A stretch of DNA of 55,471 bases from Callorhinchus milii (taxonomy: Eukaryota), in assembly GCF_018977255.1 (NCBI RefSeq), contig NW_024705305.1, positions 1 to 55,471 on the forward strand, given 5' to 3'. The position numbers were made by a program, and so were the translations under genes. A model generated the notes under the pieces. The model did not search any database. It worked only from the letters and a program-made list of their open reading frames with translations, and was not told the origin of the DNA. Below, piece by piece: positions 48,063 through 55,471 of this stretch; positions within the stretch are counted from its first letter, which is position 1; every line of letters begins with the position of its first letter.

Positions 48063-50567
48063 CTGAAAAAATATTATGTCAGGTGGTTATACCTATTAAG
48101 CCGTATCGAGTACTTTTTGGTTATTTTGACCATTTTAGTTTTACAGTTTTTGTGAGAGTTTTGACGTGCACAGTGGTGGTTTGTAATGTTATCGGATTAC
48201 TTGCCGAAGTGGTGTGATGAGCACTGGTTGTGAGATGGTTCAATTGTAGTCGTTAAGTGTTCCTGTTGAGCTAAAGTTGGAATGCGTATGTAGGTACATC
48301 TTTACTCAACATTTTAAACGTTTTTTTTCAAGTATAAGCTTTTTGATTGGTATTAATCGACTTTAGATAGCCGATTCCAGGATGTACATTGATGACGCGT
48401 TCGTTGGATATATGGCCTTGACTTCAACATAGACGCACAGTGAACAAATGTGGTGAACTAATAAGGAAATCATGGGAATGATACTTTAACGCTTTGGTAT
48501 TCCTGGAACGGAAATGGTTTGCATTGTACTGGAAATGTGTGAATAAATAATAAATATCCCTTCGAGTTTTGACGTAAAAATGATTGCAGATGAATAAAAA
48601 CGTATTTTTAACAAATGTTTCTTTTATTTTATAATGTTCCTAGCAAAAACATGTTAAGAGATTTCAGGTGGAGGATCTCCGTCACACAAGTGTGCCCTTA
48701 ACCGGCAGCATCTTGGCTGTCTACCCGATTAACACGTGTTCCTTGAGGGGAAAGGTCCCCGTAGTTAATCGCTCATCAACGTACCAGTCCTAATTCCCGA
48801 AGTATGTCGGGGATAAACTGTACTCTATAACATGTAAACTGTAATACTATAAACGATAACACTAAACATTAAACGATTATAAACTAGTGTTTTAATTTAT
48901 AACCATATAAACGGAGATAAGGTATTATAATATCATTAGAAGCATTAGAATCACAGTGTGGTCGTATAAGAATCACGCACAAACCCATTCTTAACTCATG
49001 AGATTCTGAATCTTTACGATTTTATAACAATCACAAATTGTAACAAAGCGAAATTCCAACAAGCAAAACACCACGCTCACATGACGTATTCTTAAACAAA
49101 TTGCAACACTCAAGTGACAGAACTCAACATAAAAACGCCGCAATTAAAAGAACAACATCAGTAGACAAATCCTAAAAACAGACAACACACGCACGTTAGT
49201 AGCTGTTAGAAGAAGACAACACCTAGCACCTTCAACTATACACATCATACAGCCAACTCGTAAATGGGCGGTATATGACAGCCTTCAATGCTGTCGATGG
49301 GGACAAGCAGCGAGTGTTTAACTCCATTGTTTCAGAATCCGTGTCATCACCCGGCCACAGCGCCTTAGCCAAACTACATCTCCCCAACAAGGCAGCCTTC
49401 CCTATGCTGTGTATTTTAGCAATATATTTACGGACGCACTTGAAAATAACAATTCGTCTAGAAAAGGCAGGCGACTTGTTCTACCAACACGATATCAAAT
49501 TTCTATCCGAAAGAAGTATGAGTTCATTCATGAGTAGTATTCACTAAGCACCGATGACACTAACCTACACACAGTTATGATTAAACAAAGTAAACATTAG
49601 TCGCTCATCCCAGCTCAGACATGATCATAGCAATTATTTCCAAATCCGTGTCGGGTCCCACGAGAACAGGGCACGGCCACAAACTCTCAGATTGAAGAAG
49701 TCGCTGCTTTGCCATCGAATGGTTTCGTAGCTGCTGTAGTTGCTTCTGTTACTGTTATATACGCAGCATGTTGGTGTCCCGTGATGGGATGACGTCTTTG
49801 ATCAAAAACTATGATCGAACCTACCAGACCAACGCCATCGATCGACGTCTTGGATATACTCTCACATTGTAAATTCTCACACTGTGAACTTTAACATTAT
49901 GAACTTCAACAATGGTAACTTAAAAACATTCACATATACATTTGAAGAATCTTCAAATTACTGTAAACTAGTATGTGAACTCTAACAATATAACCTATGA
50001 GCTATACATTATAACGCTATACAATAACATTATTAACTAGTGTTATAGATTACAACAACCTACCTTGAAGTGTGATTTTCGAATCGCATTCGAATTATTC
50101 GAGTCACTCCGTGGTCCTCTTCGAATCACACTACGGTCGTAAGTATGTAACATGTATGTATGGAACATATCTGTTTGTAGTAAGTATATGTGCATGTAAC
50201 ATGTATGCATGTAACATGTATGTATGTAACATGGTACATGCATGTATGTAACATGTATGTATGTAATATGGACGTGCGAACCAAGGATGTGATATGTGAA
50301 ACGGAAGGTGCAGGATCAGGATGGGATTAAAATTACTTGATTAACACTTTGGTGGTATTAGGATCAAGCTGTCCACTGCGGGATGAATGTTCCATCTCAA
50401 TGGAATCAAATAACAATATTCAGTATGAATATGTTCAATAATCGCACAAACCCAATATTAGCCCGTGAAATTATGAATCGTTGCAATTGTAATGACTTGT
50501 TTGATAAAAGTATTTAATCAAAGTTTGTTATCCCATCACGGAACACCACTGGAACTGAAGCATATTA

Positions 50568-50755
50568 AGCAGCAACAGCAGCAACAACAGCAGCAGCAGC
50601 AGCAACAGCAGAAGCAGCAGCAACTGCAGCAGCAGCAGAAACTGCAGCAGCAGCAGCAACTGCAGCAGCAGCAACTACAGCAACAGCAGCAACTGCAGCA
50701 GCAGCAACTGCACAAACTGCAGCAGCAGCAACTGCAGCAGCAGCAACTGCAGCGA
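50568..50755 (+). repeat. (CAG/CAA/CTG)n tract
   Basis: Seen directly. Confidence 0.9.
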
Positions 50756-51713
50756 CACAAGTCTGACATTAACCGGCAACGTCTTGGCTGTCTCCACCAT
50801 CAACATGTGTTCCTAGAGGGGAAAGGTCCCTGTTATAAATAGTTTAGCAACGTTCCTTTCGCTAATTCCGAAGTATACTGGAGATCACTTGTACTCTAAA
50901 ACATGTAAACTGTAACGCTTTAAAGAGAGCATTAAACATTAAACGAATATAAACAAGTTTAAGCGGAGACCATGTACCAGATCGGATTTTGGTTACTGAT
51001 GTTAGAGTGATTGTATTGCAAGCGTCTGTACGTGCTCACTCCCGAAGCTTGCGGTTTTTGGCAACGCCACGGGGCTGCATTCACTTTAAATCGAGGACAA
51101 TGGAGGGCATGGCGAACGTGTTTATCCATTTATTCAAAATAAGCGCATAATTACACACTGAGATGCACTTACATATTCATGCATGAAGCACAAGGACACA
51201 TTACCCTTCGGTATGTTAATAGACATGCGGATTGTACCTTCCAAAATTAACAATCGAATGCAAATATCCTGAAAGACAAAGGATTGGATCCTAGGGGGGA
51301 GTTATAAGGCGGCTCAGAAGCAGAGCTCAATGCCATTTCGAGAGGGAACTTATGAGGTTGGACGCTCGACTCGTCGCTCTGCTGATCGCCCTTCAACCGC
51401 GAGACAACGCAGCCTGGCGAGCACAATTGCTGTGTCGACAGTTAGGCGACTTTGCGTCGGGAGAGTTCGTGGCGACATCTTCAGACGGGTTTACAGACAT
51501 CGATATACCGTGAATCTCCAAGTAAGTGTCTATTTTCGCGGATAAACTCTTAAACGTGTTCGTCGTCAAATTAGCGGGATTTTTTGCGTCTCGGTTAGAC
51601 GCGAGTGTCGTTCTTGTTTTAGCTGTTAACAAAATCCAAAACTCACGCTAAACATCCTTGCGGCCGATAGCGTACTTTTGACTCGATAACACCGCTGCTG
51701 TTACTACGCTCAC

Positions 51714-52476
51714 ATGGAGCAGAGACGCTCTCCACAGCCCCACGCACACGGAGGCAAGAAGCCATTCAATTGCTCTGTGTGTGGGAAGACATTTCATGGC
51801 CATCACATCTTCAGAGACACCAGAGAACACACACGGGCGAGAAGCCGTTCCTGTGCCCTGTGTGTGGGAAGACATTTGCACATTCATCACATCTTCAGAG
51901 TCACCAGAGAACACACACGGGCGAGAAGCCGTTCCTGTGCCCTGTGTGTGGGAAGCATTTGCACAGACATCACATCTTCAATCACCAGAAACACACCGGC
52001 GAGAAGCCATTCCTGTGCCCTGTGTGTGGGAAGACATTTGCACACTCATCACATCTTCAGAGTCACCAGAGAACACACACGGCGAGAAGCCATTCCTGTG
52101 CCCTGTGTGTGGGAAGGCATTTGCACACTCATCAACTCTTCCAACACCATCAGAGAACACACACGGGCGAGAAGCCATTCCTGTGCTCTGTGTGTGGGAA
52201 GACATTTGCAGAGTCATCACATCTTCAAAGTCACCAGAGAACACACACGGGCGAGAAGCCATTCTTGTGCCTGTGTGTGGGAAGGCATTTGCACAGTCAT
52301 CAACATGAACAGGCATCAGAAGGTCCACAATGATAGGAAACTGAAATCAAAAGCTGAAATTCAAGGTGCTGCAATGGTCCTGAAGAAGTTTCCACCTTCG
52401 ATCCCATGCAGTTGGATCCCGAGAGATGGCTGGATGTAATGGAGTGGCTCGAGAATCAAACCGAGAGCTCGGGTGA
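51714..52476 (+). pseudogene. Small C2H2 ZNF family copy G, 7 fingers, many small deletions as assembled
   Basis: Seven finger units over three frames; family start and tail present; TATAAG at 51303. Confidence 0.7.
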
Positions 52477-54968
52477 CTGAAAAAATATTATGTAGTGTGG
52501 TTATATTAAGCCGTATCGAGTACTTTTGGTTTAATTTTGACCATTTAGTTTTACAGTTTTTTGACGTGCACAGTGGTGGTTTGTAATGTTATCGGATTAC
52601 TTGCCGAAGTGGTGTGATGAGCACTGGTTGTGAGAGGGTTCAATTGTAGTCGTTAAGTGTTCCTGTTGAGCTAAAGTTGGAATGCGTCTGTAGGTACATC
52701 TTTACTCAACATTTTAAACGTTTTTTTTCAAGTATATAGCTTTTTTGATTGGTATTAATCGACTTTAGATAGCCGATTTCAGGATGTACATTGATGACGC
52801 GTTCGTTGGATATATGGCCTTGACTTCAACATAGACGCACAGTGAACAAATGTGGTGAACTAATAAGGAAATCATGGGAATGATACTTTAACGCTTTGGT
52901 ATTCCTGGAACGGAAATGGTTTGCATTGTACTGGAAATGTGTGAACATAGGACGTAATAAATATTCCCTTCGAGTTTTGACGTACAAATGATTGCAGATG
53001 AATAAAAACGTATTTTTAACAAATGTTTGTCCGTTCTTTATTTTATAATGTTCCTAGCAAAATTTCAGGTGGAGGATCTCCGTCACACAAGTGTGCCCTT
53101 AACCGGCAGCATCTTGGCTGTCTACCCGATTAACACGTGTTCCTTGAGGGGAAAGGTCCCCGTAGTTAATCGTTCATCAACGTACCAGTCCCTATCCCGA
53201 AGTATGTCGGGGATAAACTGTACTCTATAACATGTAAACTGTAATACTATAAACGATAACACTAAACATTAAACGATTATAAACTAGTGTTTTAATTTAT
53301 AACCATATAAACGGAGGTAAGGTATTATAATATCATTAGAAGCATTAGAATCACAGTGTGGTCGTATAAGAATCACGCACAAACCCATTCTTAACTCATG
53401 AGATTCTGAATCTTTACGATTTTATAACAATCACAAATTGTAACAAAGCGAAATTCCAACCAGCAAAACACCACGCTCACATGACGTATTCTTAAACAAA
53501 TTGCAACACTCAAGTGACAGAACTCAACATAAAAACGCCGCAATTAAAAGAACAACATCAGTAGACAAATCCTAAAAACAGACAACACACGCACGTTAGT
53601 AGCTGTTAGAAGAAGACAACACCTAGCACCTTCAACTATACACATCATACAGCCAACTCGTAAATGGGGCGGTATATGACAGCCTTCACTGCTGTCGATG
53701 GGGACAAGCAGCGAGTGTTTAACTCCATTGTTTCAGAATCCGTGTCATCACCCGGCCACAGCGCCTTAGCCAAACTACATCTCCCCAACAAGGCAGCCTT
53801 CCCTATGCTGTGTATTTTAGCAATATATTTACGGACGCACTTGAAAATAACAATTCGTCTAGAAAAGGCAGGCGACTTGTTCTACCAACACGATATCAAA
53901 TTTCTATCCGAAAGAAGTATGAGTTCATTCATGAGTAGTATTCACTAAGCACCGATGACACTAACCTACACACAGTTATGATTAAACAAAGTAAACATTA
54001 GTCGCTCATCCCAGCTCAGACATGATCATAGCAATTATTTCCAAATCCGTGTCGGGTCCCACGAGAACAGGGCACGGCCACAAACTCTCAGATTGAAGAA
54101 GTCGCTGCTTTGCCATCGAATGGTTTCGTAGCTGCTGTAGTTGCTTCTGTTACTGTTATATACGCAGCATGTTGGTGTCCCGTGATGGGATGACGTCTTT
54201 GATCAAAAACTATGATCGAACCTACCAGACCAACGCCATCGATCGACGTCTTGGATATACTCTCACATTGTAAATTCTCACACTGTGAACTTTAACATTA
54301 TGAACTTCAACAATGGTAACTTAAAAACATTCACATATACATTTGAAGAATCTTCAAATTACTGTAAACTAGTATGTGAACTCTAACAATATAACCTATG
54401 AGCTATACATTATAACGCTATACAATAACATTATTAACTAGTGTTATAGATTACAACAACCTACCTTGAAGTGTGATTTTCGAATCGCATTCGAATTATT
54501 CGAGTCACTCCGTGGTCCTCTTCGAATCACACTACGGTCGTAAGTATGTAACATGTATGTATGGAACATATCTGTTTGTAGTAAGTATATGTGCATGTAA
54601 CATGTATGCATGTAACATGTATGTATGTAACATGGTACATGCATGTATGTAACATGTATGTATGTAATATGGACGTGCGAACCAAGGATGTGATATGTGA
54701 AACGGAAGGTGCAGGATCAGGATGGGATTAAAATTACTTGAATAACACTTTGGTGGTATTAGGATCAAGCTGTCCACTGCGGGATGAATGTTCCATCTCA
54801 ATGGAATCAAATAACAATATTCAGTATGAATATGTTCAATAATCGCACAAACCCAATATTAGCCCGTGAAATTATGAATCGTTGCAATTGTAATGACTTG
54901 TTTGATAAAAGTATTTAATCAAAGTTTGTTATCCCATCACGGAACACCACTGGAACTGAAGCATATTA

Positions 54969-55157
54969 AGCAGCAACAGCAGCAACAACAGCAGCAGCAG
55001 CAGCAACAGCAGAAGCAGCAGCAACTGCAGCAGCAGCAGAAACTGCAGCAGCAGCAGCAACTGCAGCAGCAGCAACTACAGCAACAGCAGCAACTGCAGC
55101 AGCAGCAACTGCAGAAACTGCAGCAGCAGCAACTGCAGCAGCAGCAACTGCAGCAAC
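54969..55157 (+). repeat. (CAG/CAA/CTG)n tract
   Basis: Seen directly. Confidence 0.9.
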
Positions 55158-55471
55158 ACAAGTCTGACATTAACCGGCAACGTCTTGGCTGTCTCCACCA
55201 TCAACATGTGTTCCTAGAGGGGAAAGGTCCCTGTTATAAATAGTTTAGCAACGTTCCTTTCGCTAATTCCGAAGTATACTGGAGATCACTTGTACTCTAA
55301 AACATGTAAACTGTAACGCTTTAAAGAGAGCATTAAACATTAAACGAATATAAACAAGTTTAAGCGGAGACCATGTACCAGATCGGATTTTGGTTACTGA
55401 TGTTAGAGTGATTGTATTGCAAGCGTCTGTACGTGCTCACTCCCGAAGCTTGGCGGTTTTTGGCAACGCCA

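Larger units (their letters stand above)
41840..55471 (+). repeat. Tandem array of near-identical ZNF units (periods ~4707, 4414 and 4401 bp), continuing beyond the window
   Basis: Marker AAGCGGAGACCATGTACCAGATCGG at ~41840, 46547, 50961 and 55362; spacers almost identical. Confidence 0.95.

Overview
Eukaryotic (animal, probably vertebrate) genomic DNA with spliceosomal introns and no prokaryotic features. The codon style and the GC-rich Gypsy element would fit a lamprey-like genome, but that is inference only. The window is a dynamic cluster of KRAB-less C2H2 zinc-finger genes. One divergent gene (1303-2571, minus) has a tail rich in SUMO consensus sites. Six copies of a small gene (octamer/CCAAT/TATA promoter, non-coding exon 1, single coding exon with 4-11 fingers, conserved acidic/Trp tail) lie in ~4.4-4.7 kb segmental duplications, one inverted and the last three in a near-identical tandem array running off the right edge. 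Between the inverted copies is a five-exon orphan gene not visible in the ORF track (about 375 aa, EEKRL-repeat helix), plus a separate acidic exon. A 5'-truncated Ty3/Gypsy element (3' LTR plus pol) is inserted in one spacer and partly duplicated. Several short insertions carry minimal hammerhead ribozyme cores of the Penelope-like type; two have 15-18 bp target-site duplications and one copy begins at the predicted self-cleavage site. Many frameshifts look like long-read consensus errors, so pseudogene calls are provisional.
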